Below, piece after piece: positions 14,023-39,603 of a stretch of DNA of 64,000 nt. The position numbers and the translations under genes were made by a program. The notes beneath the pieces were generated by a model. The model had not been told where the DNA came from. It was given only the letters and a program-made list of their open reading frames with translations, and ran no database searches. The stretch is taken from the NCBI RefSeq assembly GCF_009914755.1, contig NC_060927.1, one strand, 5' to 3'. The stretch is from the human T2T-CHM13v2.0 reference genome, Homo sapiens. Each line of letters begins with the position of its first letter. The stretch's first letter is position 1.

Positions 14023-14109
14023 ACACAGGACAGCTTAATGAAAAAGAACAAGCAGCTCAAATTCTACATTTTTGGTTTAAGGTAAGTTTGTGCAACAAGA
14101 TACTGTCTA

Positions 14110-14499
<390 letters not shown>

Positions 14500-15126
14500 T
14501 CAGACTGAATCCTGTGGGTTGTCAAATTGTAAAATCCATTAAATCCACAGATCATCAAATCCCTTATGTGAAATGTAGGGCATTGATAAGGAAATGAGTG
14601 GGAGCCAGGAATTGGAATGGGGAGATAAGGGAGGATTCCATGAGCCTCTCCTTTCCCCCATCTAATGAGGCTGCTCTTGCCTTACTTGAAGACTCTGAAA
14701 TAACAAAGTAATCACCTTAAGGGAGATGCCTATTCTCTGTATGCCCCACTTCCCTCACCTCATCAATGCTTTCAGATCTATAGGAAAAGTAAGACCCACC
14801 AAGGGGCCAATCACATCATCAACCCATAGAAGATGGTTTAGGGAAGGCCAGCCCAGCATGGTGAGGAAGGACCAGCACCTCACTCAGCAGTGTGCTAGTC
14901 ACACTGAGCAGGTACAAAGGTTCTGGGAGATGCTGCATTATCAAGAAATCAATACTGAAGAGCACCTAACATGTTCAAATGTAAGGGAAGGAGATGTGTA
15001 TTAATACATCTTGAGCTAGGTTTAGAAATAAATTAGTGAGAAAGAAAGAAAGAGAATGTCAAATATCTTAATTCATTCAGGCCATAAACTGGGTGGTTTA
15101 TAAAACAAAAAAACAAAAACCAGAAA

Positions 15127-15440
15127 GGCCAGGAGCAGTGGCTCACACCTGTGATCCCAGCACTTTGGGAGGCCAAGGCAGGAGAATCACTTGAGCCCAG
15201 GAGTTCAAAACTAGCCTGGGCAACATAGTGAGACTTTTTCTCTACCAAAGATAAAAAAAGTTAGCCAGGCTGGTGGCATGTGCCTATAGTCCCAGCTACA
15301 GGGGTGTGGTTGTGGGGGCAGCTAAGGCAGGAGGGTCGCTTGGGTGCAGGAGGTCGAGGCTGCAGTGAGCCATGATCGTGCCACTACACTCCCAGTCTGG
15401 GTGACATAGCCAGACCCTGTCCCAAAACAAAAACACAAAA
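15127..15440 (+). mobile_element. Alu (J-type)
   Basis: Diverged dimeric Alu with an A-rich tail. Confidence 0.9.
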
Positions 15441-15476
15441 ACTCAGAAATTTATTTGTCACAGTTCTGGAGGCTAG

Positions 15477-15986
<510 letters not shown>

Positions 15987-16884
15987 TAAGAGCATTGATC
16001 CAATTAGTGAAGTCTCCACCCTCATGACCTAATCATCTCCCAAAGGCTCCACCTCCTAATACCATCACCTTGGAGCTTTGGATTTCAACGTATGAATGAT
16101 GGGGGCCACGGTGGGTGCACAAACATTCAGACCACAGTACTAAGTAAAGGGAAAAAAGACAATTACTGATTTCAGAGAAAGCAAAAGTTGAACAGAAACT
16201 GGAAAATAATCATGGTTTACCACGTGGCTCAACTATGAACAGCCTTATATATTTATAACAAAGTAAACACTGAGTTTTAAACTAAATCGTGCTACAACAG
16301 CATTAGGAAGAGAGGGGACAAGAAGTATGCGTGTGAAGTAGAGGTGGATATAAGGTTTGTTAAAATGAGCTAAATCTTCATCTTTCATTGAGAAAAATCA
16401 ACAGGTCATGCCTAAAACGAAAGGATGAAGATACAGCAATATTTGTTATTTGGAGAGATAAACATAAATACCTAAGTAATCAGTTAAAAGTGGTTGCCTC
16501 CTATAAATGGGTAATACAAATGGATGTCAGGGAGTGTAGACTTCTGTACCAAGCCTTATAGAATTACTTGACTCTTTAAACTTTGTAATTTCAATAAAAG
16601 TAAAAAATAAATTTAAAAATCATCTGTAAAGTCTAATATCAGTTACCTGAAAAAATAAAACATGAGGAATTATGTGGAACAGGCTAATGTAGGCCTCAGG
16701 GAATTGGGACAGAATTGTGGTCACAGTGAAGAAAGGTTCAATCTAATCAATTCCTCTGTGTAAAGAAAGAATGCCTGGCTTGTGGGGGTGCAGTGCAGTA
16801 GTGGAGCCCGGACAACAGTCACGAGAATTCTAGGAGGGAACATTTGCAGTGTGTGTCCAGGACTGGCAGTGGGGAAGGGCCCAG

Positions 16885-17410
16885 CCCAGCCTGGGCTTCC
16901 CAGGAAACAGAGCTTGAGGCAAAGGTTTATGTATGAACACTTTATTGGGAATGCAATCCCAGGGAAGCAAAAGTGAGGGAGAAAGGGGTGTGCAGCAAAG
17001 AAAGAGGGAGAGCAAACAGGAGGTGCGCTACTGAGCTGGCCTCTGCTCAGCTAATTAATCATGGACCTCGTAGGGCTGAACTTCTGCATCTCCATCCATC
17101 TAAGCAAAGGACAAAAATATCATTGATCTGCTGGTTCTCCTTCATCTCCTGGATCCCAGTGGTCAAAATTTGCCTCCATGGAAGTTAATTCTCCTGCACT
17201 TCCAGTGTGTAAAGGATGATATGCACTCCCTCACCAGCTGCTAGAGAGCCAGATCCCAAGCCCTGCATCAGGGGCTTTGTCTGAGTCCAAAAGTGGTGAG
17301 AAGCACCAGCAGCAGCAGGGCAAGGCCCTCACAGTCACTGCAGGATGCAGCAGAGCCCACAGAGGTGTGGGCTACAACAATGAGCCAAGGCCCCAAGATG
17401 AGTCTGAAAG
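16885..17410 (-). mobile_element. Old ERVL LTR (LTR33/LTR41-like)
   Basis: GGGCTTCCCAGGAAACAGAGCTTGAGGCAAAGG...TTTATTGGGAATGCAATCCCAGG. Confidence 0.5.
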
Positions 17411-17739
17411 GACCACGCAGAGGAGGTAGCTGACACAGGACCTAGCTCATTACCACAGCATCTGAACCCCGGATGTGCAGCCCTGCAGTGGCAACAGATA
17501 CATCCAGCCTCAAGCCCCACCTCTAATGTTCATGGTCACTGAAGAAGCTACTGATAGTCACAGCTCTCGCTGTAAAATATCCTACATTAGCCCATACATT
17601 TCTTGAGAGTTTGGCTGTGGGAGAATGTCCGCCCAGGGAGGGATCAGGGCCTCCCAAGGTAACGCTCCACCCGCTCAGCAAACTGCAACAAGACTGGGTA
17701 TATAGGGTTTGCATTTTACTGACCTCTGGCAATGAATAA

Positions 17740-18130
17740 ATTATTAAAATAATACATTCATTCATACAGCAATAATTACAAAAATCCACTAAGAACCAGA
17801 ATGTCATGATGAGCAAAAACAGAAAGGGTTCTACCTTAAAAAGCATACAGTTTAAAAAGGAAGACAGTCACTAACAATGAACATGTAAATAAAGGGTGTT
17901 GTAAGGGCATGAAATGAAAGGGTGTGCCTCTTCTGGATTATCAGGGCAGGCTTCCCTAAGGAAGAGATGACCAAAAAGGAGGACTAACTAGGTGAAGAAA
18001 GCATTCCAGGCAAGGGAACACTATTTGCAAAGACCTAATGGCAGATGGGAGCCTGGATTGTTCAAGAACTTGAGGAGGGCCGAGTGGCCAGAGAGCAGGA
18101 ACCAAGAAGCACAGCCATGAGGTGAGGCAT
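17740..18130 (-). mobile_element. L2 fragment
   Basis: CATTCATTCA end motif and GCATTCCAGGCAAGGGAACA..TGCAAAGACC. Confidence 0.65.
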
Positions 18131-18327
18131 GAGGGCACCCTGCTGGTAGGTGGCTGCCAGGACAGTGGCCCTCTGTGCCTTCAAAAGCTAAAAGGAAGGC
18201 CCAAGGTGAAGGCAGCACTGTGCCCATAAGAGTCTGAATTAATTGGAAGAATATCAAATAATTGGGCTGCCAGCTGTTCCCAGGTGGTCAGGACACATCA
18301 GTCCAGCTTTTCTAACAACTGCTTTAA

Positions 18328-18654
<327 letters not shown>

Positions 18655-18850
18655 GACACTTTTGATCTTTATGGGAACATAACATTTAGCTTCCTAAAAC
18701 TTCAGTGAAGTAGTGCTGAGGGCCAACAATGTTTGAAAAATTAAGTAACGCAGTTAGTAAGAACAATAAGAAAAGGCAAAAAGCAAGCATCTTTTCAAGG
18801 AACAAAATACTTCAAACATAAACTTACAGAAGCAATTTTAAATGGGATGC

Positions 18851-19445
18851 CACAGTTCCCCTGCTTATCCACGGTTTCGCTTTCCGAGCTTTCAGTTATC
18901 TGCTGTCAACTGCAGTCTGAAAATATTAAATGGAAAATTCCAGAAATAAATATTTTGTAAGTGTTAAGTTGCATGCCGTTTTGAGTAGCGTAATGAAATC
19001 TTACACATCCTGCTCCGTCCCACCTGGGATGTGAATCAGCCACGCGGCCTGCCCGTTAGTCACTTCGTCTTGGTTAACAGCTCGACTGCAGTGGTATTAT
19101 GGTGCTTGGGTTCAAGTCACCCTTACTTGAATGAATAGTGGCCCCAAAGCAGAAGAGAAGCGACGCTGGCGTATTGTTATAATTGTTCTATTTTATTATT
19201 GTGTTACTCTATTACTGTGCCTAGTTTATAAATTAAACTTTATCATAGATATGTATGTATAGGGAAAAACATAGTATATACAGAGTTTGGTACTATCGCA
19301 GTTTCAGGCATCCACTGGTGGGGGGGGTGGGAATCTCAGAAAGTATCCCCCATGGATAAGGGGAGGGGATTCTCAGAAAGTATCCCCCTTGGATAAGAGG
19401 GGGGTCTCAGAAAGTATACCCCATGGATAAGAGGGGACTACTGTA
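18851..19445. mobile_element. TcMar-Tigger non-autonomous DNA transposon (MER44-like)
   Basis: Terminal inverted repeat CAGT..CCCC..CTTATCC / GGATAAG.GGGGACTACTG followed by TA. Internal GAAAATATTAAATGGAAAATTCCAGAAATAAA. Confidence 0.8.
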
Positions 19446-20172
19446 TTCATCTCAGGTTGCAGAACTCTTGAGAAATTGAGAATTATGATGAAGCGTAGAA
19501 GATGATCCTTACTGAAATGGAACCATTCTCTATGCACTGTTTTGTAACCTATTTTCCCTACTCTGTCTCCAAAATGATATCATTGCCAAGGAGATTCACT
19601 CTTCACATCCTTGTAACAATGAGTGAAATGCCCTCAAATCAATGGGTACTTCTGGGCAACATTTTCTCTACAATTTCAGCTACTAAAAAATGTTAGTTTT
19701 AAACACATAAAGGCAACAGAGGCATATTTTGATTCTAAGCTGTTACATTCCTCTTGTACTATTTAATATAGATTCCTTTCATGTCTATGTTCATATAAGT
19801 CTGTATGAATGCTTAACTGTATGCTCTTAGCTTAACAGTTTGAACATTTTCCCTGGATATAAATATATTTAGTCTGAGGTATTTATGCTAAAGTTTTTTT
19901 AAAGTGAATATTATACTTTGACAATGTGACTCTGAGCTGTGGCATACAGAATTAAAACAACAATATTTAGCCTACCAAAAATGTTGAAATTTGCATCAGA
20001 TCTCTGCAAAGGTGTAAATAGAATGGCTTGACATTTGAGAATTTTTTTTAAAAAAGGAAACTAATAACTCCAAAGACACAGTGGCAATCCCAGAAAAAAA
20101 TTAAACTATAGACCAAAAAAGGACAAAATTATTAAAATACACATATATACAAAAATATCATCTGCCACAGTA

Positions 20173-20464
20173 TTTTTTTTTTAGACAGATTCTCACTCTG
20201 TCGTCCAGGCTGGAGTACAGTAGCATAATCTTGGCTCACTGCAACCTCCTCCTCCTGGGTTCAAGCGATTCTCCTGCCTCAGCCTCCCTAGTAGCTGGGA
20301 TTACAGGCACCCGTCACCACAACTGGCTAACTTTTTGTATTTTTAGTAGAAATGGGGTTTCACCATATTGACCAGTCTGGTCTCAAACTCCTGATCTCAG
20401 GTGATCCATCCACCCCAGCCTCCCAAAGTGCTGGGATTACAGGCGTAAGCCACTGCACCTGGCC
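20173..20464 (-). mobile_element. Alu (S-type)
   Basis: Poly-T plus reverse Alu dimer. Confidence 0.95.
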
Positions 20465-21474
20465 AAGTTTTAATTATTCTCTGGGCTCCCCAGTTTAAAA
20501 TATTTTTATATATGCTATGACAGAAACAGATTCATCCATTTAATTTATTTGAGTAACAGCACTCTGTTTAATAAATTTTCTATTTTAAAATTCATTTTAC
20601 ATTGATCATATGCCATGTGCCAGACTCTATATATAAGATCTGAGTTATTCTTGGAAGACTTCCTGAATTTGTATTTCAATAGTTTAGAAGATTTTGCTTT
20701 CTATCATTCTAGAACAATAGTAACTTGATAAATTCTTTCTTTGCTAAATTCTCAGTGCAGATTTCACTAGCTGGGCTATTTCAACTTATTTATCACGAAG
20801 CATTTGCTGGGCCATCCCCTGTGGCATGGATGTCACCAATTCCATCTTGGAATTTGCTCTATTTCTCCACTGGGTGAAGTGGTTTATTGGCTGTCAATCT
20901 GTAAAGTGCTCTCTGGGATTATCTGAGTGCAAGACAGTAGGAGTGGAAACATATTTCACTGTCTTTTCTGTCAAGATGAAAGGAACATGCCCAATAAATT
21001 ATCTTCTAGCAAGAGTGGATGAAAATTCCAGTGAGTGACCTAGAGCCTCCATCAGATGGTGGCCATACACAGTGTCCTGTGGATAGTTATGGTCTCCAGG
21101 GTCTGATGGCTTCTTCTACTGTCACTTTAGTTTCATATTTGTTATTACTATATGTGTATGTATGTATGCATACATTATATATAAATATTTGCTCTAAAAC
21201 CTACTCCTCAAAGTCATGGAAAGTGAGAAAGAGAGAATTAGAATTTTCCTTCCCACCCTGTCCTCATCTGCCCAGTTTCTTCGCCATACCTCCTCCACCC
21301 TCCATCTAACCATTGTTACTATTTTCTTATGAGTCCATACAGATTTTCTTTACATACTTGCAAGCAAATATGAATATTTCCTTTGGGTTGTTTTCCTTTT
21401 ATACATAAAAGGTAGCCCACTAGATACGTTATTCTGCACCTCATGTTTTCCCTCTCATTTCACAGATAGCACCC

Positions 21475-21794
<320 letters not shown>

Positions 21795-22604
21795 TAACAT
21801 TCCATTCTTCCAATATATGGATAAACCATAGTTTATATAATCAGTCCCCTTTTGAGGGAAATTTAGGTTTTTTCAATCTTTTATTATTACTGCAATAATT
21901 AACCCTGTACACCGTCATTTTTCCTGTGTGCAAATATACTTTAGGACAAATTTCTAGAAATGGAACTGCAGGAACAACTGATCTATGTGTTTGTAATTTT
22001 GACAAATATTGCCAAATTGTTCTCTATAAGGGCTGTACCAAGTCACTCCCACCCACAGTGTGTGGTTCCATTTGATGTATTTTCAATGGTTTTCTGAAGA
22101 CAGAACATGTTCTGATCATTTCTTGTTTCCTATCTATGACATGCCTTCATTGAACAAAGACTTACCTAGGGCCAGACACGCCCCACACCCTCTTCTTAGG
22201 TCCTGGAAATAACAGCAGTGAACAAAGCAACACAAATCCATTTCTTAACATTTGTGTTGTGAGACAGAGAAATAGAGGGTGGAGGATGGGCCTGGAACAT
22301 ACTTTCGTGATCATCTGAAGCCACAGTCACCAACTCAGATGTCACACAGGGAACTTGCGTGTGTGAAGAAGGGCAGCAGTGAGCTGTCAGAGGGAATGGT
22401 GAGGCCTGCGTGGTCTTGAAGAGCACAGGCCTGTGTGCAGGCTGACCTACAGCAATAGGTCATGTGGGAAAAAAAAAAAAAAAAGCCCATGTGACAGCGC
22501 TTCCCAATTTTCAAGAGAAACCAGAAATACAATTTTCATGTGATATCTCCCCACCTTTAATGCTGAGAAGTCATTCTAAATTTTAAGAACACTTTGAGGA
22601 CAGT

Positions 22605-22956
22605 TTTTGTTACTGGGGCTAAGCAAGTTGATACTACAGTTTATATGGAAAAAGAAACATTCCTGCGAATATCTAGGAAAATACTGAGGGGCAAAAAGCT
22701 ATAGTGGGCATTGGAGACTAGCACTACTATTCATTAAAACGTCTACAAAGCCTCTGTAATTAAAACTGTGCGGTACTGGTGCATGAATAGATGGACCAGC
22801 AGAACAGAATAAAAAGGCCGGAAATCAACCTAAGTGCATATGGAAAAGTGGTATACATTCAAGGTGGCATTTCAAAACATTGGGACAAATACTGAGTTTT
22901 TATTAAGTGGTGCTGCAACAATGGTTAGCTGTGGAACAAAGATAAAACTGGATCAT
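22605..22956 (+). mobile_element. Ancient L1M ORF2 remnant, 5' part (host of the L1PA)
   Basis: TACAAAGCCTCTGTAATTAAAACTGTGCGGTACTGG...AAAACTGGATC. The same element resumes at ~28826. Confidence 0.75.
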
Positions 22957-28500
<5,544 letters not shown>

Positions 28501-28526
28501 ATAATTTTAAAAAATCCGGATCCTAT

Positions 28527-31850
<3,324 letters not shown>

Positions 31851-32844
31851 AAAAAACACTGTAATGACAGTCTGCTCTATACAGGCAAATACAAAAAAAC
31901 AACAAGAATAATAACAAACCACGTTTGCTACCAGCATGGGTCAGTCGGCTGGATTTCACTCCTGGGCTGCCAGTTTGCAATCTCTGGTTTAGAGCTGTTT
32001 TCTTGAGTTGATTTTGAGTGTGGTCTTGCTGATAACTGTTGCCAGTGCTGGAGAATGCTTTTGCTGCATCTGGAACTTTTAAACCAGCTTAGCACCAGAT
32101 AAGCAGACAGCCCTTATATAAATAACCAATTTGATAATTTGACAATGAAACAGTTAAAATCCGAAGGCAGCCCCAGTCCTCCAAGATGGCTAGGGGACCG
32201 TGGTCCAGTCCTTCCCCCATGGAAGTCCTGCATTTCAACAGCTGCCTTGGAGAAGTGCAAGTACTCTGGCTTCCTGGTTTCTGGCCTCAACCATACACGA
32301 TGCTAGAGGGGTATCAAATTATCTTTTAGAACCCCACTGTTGAAGAAAAAATGTTTGCATAAATAAAGGGAAAAAAGAAACTCTAAAGTTGAACAAGTAA
32401 AGTTATGAAGAAAGAAAAATCTGTTTCAATTTTGGAAACAGAAATGTTATTGTTGGCATGTCAAGCTTTTCTGTGTAAGAAGGAGAAGCCAGGTGAGTGT
32501 CAGGGCTTCCCCCAGGGACCTCGTGCGGCATATGGGAGGGTCACATCTGAGGGTGCAGCCCAATGTGCCAGAGCCAAGATATGTTAAATCAGTTCACAGA
32601 CTGATCTCAGGACATTCATGCCACCTCTCCCTTCTCAGTCTACAATCACTCTTTCCTGCTTATTAATAAGTCCAAAAGCCACTAATAAGTCTCAAGACAC
32701 AGACCAAGAATACTAAACTTAGAGGAGGAGGCTCCCTCTGAACTGGGTCTTGGGAAGCAGGCAAGGGTAACTCAAGGGAGGGGCAAAGAACAACATTCTT
32801 GGCACAGGGAAAGCACAAGCAAAGGAGAAGCATGACAGATATGA

Positions 32845-33486
<642 letters not shown>

Positions 33487-33869
33487 TGGGCCTGTGTCTT
33501 AATCTCTTGCTATTTATCTGTATCTCTTAACATCTCTCTGGGAATAGTCCAATAGATATGCAGTTTGGAGTTGTAAATTTAGCTTCCTAAGGACAGGGAA
33601 GCCCAAGGAGCACAGATCTAGTAGATTCTGGGTTTCAGGCCTCCCTATCCAGCACGCAGGAAAAGTACCCGTCTTAGCCCCTGATCACGTGCTCCTCGTC
33701 CAGGTAACCTCATCTCCAGAAAAATGAGGCTGAGGAGGTTTGACTAATGATTATGCTTATCCCAGAATAATTTTCTAGATTTCTGTCAATGCCTTCCCTT
33801 CCTCAGATAAATCCAGTACAATCATTTCCTACGCCATCCTGCTTTAAGCACAGCATGCAGGAGTGGCGG

Positions 33870-34060
33870 GAGCTTAGAGTTAAGATCTGGAAACTCCCAA
33901 TCAATGACTTGCCCTGTCATCTTGAGCAGCGGCTTCCCGGACAGATAGGATTCCCCGACACAAAGGCAATCATCACCATCTCAGCTCTGATGGAGCAAGC
34001 CACTTAACCTCGTGAAGCCTGTTTCCTCATCTGTAAGATGGCATTATTAACAGAGAGGTT
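33870..34060 (+). mobile_element. MIR fragments
   Basis: CACTTAACCTC..GAAGCCTGTTTCCTCATCTGTAAGATGG core. Confidence 0.6.
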
Positions 34061-35090
34061 GTGAAGACTGGTGAAGACAGAGTCCTGCCATGACAGGGCT
34101 TGACACACCTCCAGCTGCCTCAGGCTCTACCCAAAGCTGGGAGGAAAGGGAAGGGGGATCTTCTCTACACCTCAGGAAATGCCCCCCTCCACAGCTGTCA
34201 GGGCAGGCCCACCTCTGACATTTGCAGGACAAGAGAGCAAATGGAGGCCAATTCTGTATGCTGTGGAGTTTTCTTCATTCCATTCCATCTAAATCAGGAA
34301 AATGCAACAAAATCTGAGGCTGAATGACCAAGTTCGAATTTTAAACGAACAGATTCCTTGGAGTGCTGCACCGGAGTGTGACAACACAGGGACAGCCAAG
34401 CCCAGGCTCCTGGCTCACAGCTGCCTCACTGCTCTCCCCTGATGTGTGGGCCCCATGCTCAAGCCTGTGGGATAGGAAATTCCAAGGTCCTAGGTGCCCC
34501 AGGTGCATTTCGTAACAGGGGAGGTGGAGGCACAGACTTCAGGTAGCCACATGCCCTGGTGTCCTGCAAATTTCTTACCCCATGGGGAAGGGAACAACTG
34601 GACAAAGGCCTAAATAAAGACTTCTAAAGCACCAGGCCCAGGGCAAGCGTCCCTTTTGCTCAGGTCTAAGGGCAAGAGTGGGACAGGATTAGATATCTGA
34701 CCTGTAAACAGTACCCCATTGACTGGCCAGTGACCTATGAGGTGTCCTGGCATGAAGAGCTCTGCCCAGAGAGGATGATCGTTGAAGACTGTAATTTCCA
34801 AAACTGGCTACCACAGTATTTCCATTCACAGGCTCTTCTAGCACGTTGCCATGCCCCTTCAAGAGATGGAGTCTATTTCTCCTCCCCCTGAACCTAGGTG
34901 GGACATTATGATAGTCTTGGTGAACAGAATGCAGTAGAAAAGACACTGAGTAATTTCTGAGACTAGGTCATAAAATGTGATATGGCTTCCGCCTGGGACT
35001 CTCTCAGAGGACACACCCTTGCAACCAGCCACCATGTTGTGAGGAAGCCCAGGCCACTGGAGAGATCACTGTTTGAAAACATAGGTTTTA

Positions 35091-35196
35091 GGCTGGTGGC
35101 GGAGGTTGCAGTGAGCTGAGATCACGCCATTGTACTCCATCCTGGGCAACAAGAGCAATTCCATCTCAAAAACAAACAAACAAACAAAAAAGAAAA
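35091..35196 (+). mobile_element. 5'-truncated Alu (right-arm end)
   Basis: GGCGGAGGTTGCAGTGAGC...A tail, with ATAGGTTTT duplicated on both flanks. Confidence 0.88.
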
Positions 35197-35270
35197 TATA
35201 GGTTTTATTATTATTCAGGTATGAAGAGGCCAACAGGTCAAGAGACGACTGCCATTGAAAAGACAGATTA

Positions 35271-35575
35271 GGCTGGGCACAGTGGCTCATGCCTGTAAAT
35301 CCCAGCACTTTGGGAGGCCAAGGCGGGCAGATCACCTGAGGTCAGGAGTTTGAGACCGGCCTGGCCAACATGGTGAAACCCTCTCTCTACTAAAAATACA
35401 AAAATTAGCTGGGTGTGATGGTGCATCCCTGTAATCCCAGCTACTCGGAAGGTTGAGGCAGGAGAATCACTTGAACTCAGGAGGCGGAGGTACAGTGACC
35501 TGAGATTGCATCACTGCACCCCAGCCTCAGTGACACAGACACAGCGAGACTCTGTCTCAAAAGAAAAAAAGAAAA
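35271..35575 (+). mobile_element. Alu (S-type)
   Basis: Full dimer, with GAAAAGA(C/T)AG duplicated on both flanks. Confidence 0.94.
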
Positions 35576-37388
35576 GATAGTTTGTTACTCACAGATCCAA
35601 GAGAAGGGGACACACCAAGTCATGCAGGAACACACGCAGAAGCACCAGCTTGGTCAGGAACCTGAGGGAGAAAGGAAAACTATGGCAAAGGCATTTAGTG
35701 TGGTTTCTACAAAAAGGAACAGGGTAAGCAGGTTCAGGATTAGCTAGTTTAAATAATTTTGGTGGGCTCTGAGGTGTAGGGGCTGGCCCCAGTAGTCTGG
35801 TACTTGGCCCCTGGGTGACTAGGGCAGGAAAATAGGGGCCTGTAATTGCTGGATAAAGGGGGTGGTTGGGAATGTGGGCACTGGATTGACTGGCTTGCAT
35901 ATGAAAGACACCCTCACAGGTCAGTTATTTGCTATCTCTAGGAATCTGCTATCAAAGGGGCAGTCCCTCCAAGGTCAGCAAGGCCCCAAGATGCCAAAAA
36001 CAAGACCCCAATATGTCAAAACATCAGAGTACAGAAAATAAAAGACATGGTCAATAGCATTTGTAGGTTTTCCAGCCAACAGCCCAAAGCATCAGCCAAC
36101 AGCCGGCATCAACTGTGACATGCGAGAAAGTAAGCCTCCAGATCAGTCCAGCTCCCACTATCAAGCAGCCCAGGTGACCCCACAGAAAGCAAAGATGAGC
36201 TAGGCCCACCAAGCCCTGCCTAAACTGCAGATTCATAAGCATATAAGTATTTTTTGATTCTGTAAAAGTCACTAAAATTGGGGGTAATTTTTTACATAAG
36301 TATAGTAACTTGAAAAATCGGAATGAACTAAGGCAAACAGACTGTCTCCCAGATTTAAACTGGGACTTATGAAAATTAGTGAGTTGTTAACAAGAGGACA
36401 AATGGTTAGACCCAAACTGAAGCAGTGATGAAAGATGCAGCTGAGTCACATTCATGACAAATGACTTGTCTGGAGTAACAGGAGTTTAGTCTGGAGTGGC
36501 CTTGCTCCTGAAAGACCCAGTTTCCTGAGGTCATCCCTGAGGCCTGCCAGGTGATATAATAGCTTTCTTTATGGTTTGAGCTGAGTTCCTGTGAGGCCTT
36601 GGATGGGCAGAGACTCTCACTCCAGGACCCTCATGCTGATCTTTCCCTGACATGGTCTCCATTTCCTGCACCCAAGGGAGCCTCTCGCCTTTGGAAACAC
36701 GGTACCCAGCCACAGCTTGGTGTGCAGTAAACAGGCAGGATGGGTGACAACCACCCTCCTTCTTTTCTCTTACCAAGGGCCATCAGGGAGTCAGAAAGAC
36801 ACTAAATATTAACAAGCTGTGTGAACTCTCAACGTCTAGTCAATTCCATGTGGCTAGTATCCGTTTCCCCAAAATATTTTTTGCTTTTGATATTTTAAAA
36901 ATAATTTTTAGTAGAACGTCCAGAAATTTTACTTCTTTGGTCCCATCCCTAAACTCAGACCAGGACAGGGAACCCCTTCTGGTTTGCACCCATTCCAGAG
37001 CCTTCTGGCAACAAACCATCATCTGTGTGTTCTTGCCTAGAAAGGAAGGTCCAGAGAGAGGAGGCCACTTGCCTGTTGCCTCTTTCAGCTGAGATAGGGC
37101 CTCCTTCTCCACCCATCCCAGCCAGGCACTCAGGTGTGGATCACAAGGAGTGCCTCCCATGGCCATGGTGGGATCAGAGCCAGATGGGGTAGATGGGGAC
37201 AGTTCACTGGGGTTAAGAGCCCCATTTAGGAATGTGGGTTGGCAGTGTATGGGGGAGGGGAACAGTGTGCATCAGGGGCGCCTGAGTGTATGTTAGCATC
37301 AACCAAGGAGGGCTGTGTGGCAGGGGAGGGGGAAGTGGGAGAGAGGGAAGGAGAGTGGAGTCAGGAGACAGACTGACTAATTTACTGA

Positions 37389-37716
<328 letters not shown>

Positions 37717-39053
37717 ACCTCCTTGTATTCTTCCCTCCCATACCCTGACCCCTGTTCCAGAGGAGAGAGCCCAGCTCTCTCTCTACCCAGGCCTCTGGGA
37801 AGTTAGTGTGAAAAGTAGAAATTGCCTACAAATGCTCATCTGTGATCATGTTCATGAGGGAGGCTCTGAGAACCTTCCAAGACCAAGAGGGTAGGAGGCT
37901 GGGTTCCAGGGGAGCTGAAAGAGGAGGGCAGTGCTTGTCAGGGCTGAGACCTGGAGGGCCAGAGCGGGAGGGAGGGAGGGAGAAACAGGCAGTGCCAACG
38001 TAGAGAAACCAGCCTGGGCAGAGACAGCCTTGTCACGTGTGAGCCCAAGTACAAATGAGCATGTAGCTGCACGTACCAAGGTGTGTGTCTGTGACCAGAC
38101 CTGCCCGTGAAATATCTCCCTTGCCCAGCCAAGGCACCGCCCATGTGAATGGTGCCAGTGGGAGGTCTGCCATGGCAGCTGCCTGTCAAAGCTGATGCTA
38201 TAAAAGATGTGAGAGGGCAACTACCTTCCCAGAAGGGGCTGCATACACACGCATATGGACCCCCTAATATATACACGGGTGCATGCAGTGATGCACATAT
38301 GGGTTGGCCCTTCCTCTTCATCAGCAGGCAGCCTTGGGATGACGGGTGACATAGAATTCACACCACAGAGTGTGGCCACGTCTGGGTCTGCTCACCTCAG
38401 CTCCAATACAGCCTGTGTAGGCATAGGCCAGGGAATAAAGGGGGTACCTGTGGCTGGGCCAGAGCCCAGGGCCTGGGGAGCCTGGCTGAGAGAGGCGACA
38501 GATGACAGCAGCCAAGCAAAAGTAACCTCCATCAGCCAGGCCACATGATACCTGCTAGCTGAGATATGGGGAGTCATCCAAGGGACAATCCACACAGGGG
38601 CTAAGTGTGGGGTTCCACCTCAAGGGGCTCAATGGCTCCAGAGTCACTAAATCAACTTGAGACTCTGTGACTCTCTGCCCTTTCAGGAGCCAAAGCCACT
38701 CCTGCTAGTGGGCTGAGGGCACACAGAGATACCCTGCCCCCTCTGCTCTGGGAGCTATTCTATTGTGATAGGGTTTCAGGGCAGGGCCATGCCCTCCCCC
38801 AGCCGGGGCTGTCAGAGAGGGCCCAAGCCTGAGGCCATGTCCTCTTTTTGCACCCAAACTCTCTGGGTAAGGCAGGGCTGTAATTTTGGAGGTACAGAAG
38901 TGGTGGCAGGCGTGTCCCCCTCCAGGAAGGCTTCTTGGGTTTCTGGGTACGCTAAGAATGTTTCAGCTCATTCCCAAGGTCCTAGAGTCTATCTCAGATC
39001 AGGATGTGTCTTGTTCTCAAATTCCCCAAATATCTCCTGACCACCAGCTTTAG

Positions 39054-39603
<550 letters not shown>

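Larger units (their letters stand above)
34790..36315. mobile_element. MLT1-family LTR split by a second ERVL-type LTR (~35070-36055) and two Alus
   Basis: MLT1 halves at 34790-35065 and 36058-36315. The inner LTR-like segment resembles the MER21/MER77 group (family uncertain). Confidence 0.65.

Noticed and set aside
19334-19431. CRISPR-like repeat-spacer pattern
   Set aside because: Only three units, spacers are 7-10 nt G-rich runs, it sits inside a eukaryotic DNA transposon, and there are no cas genes.
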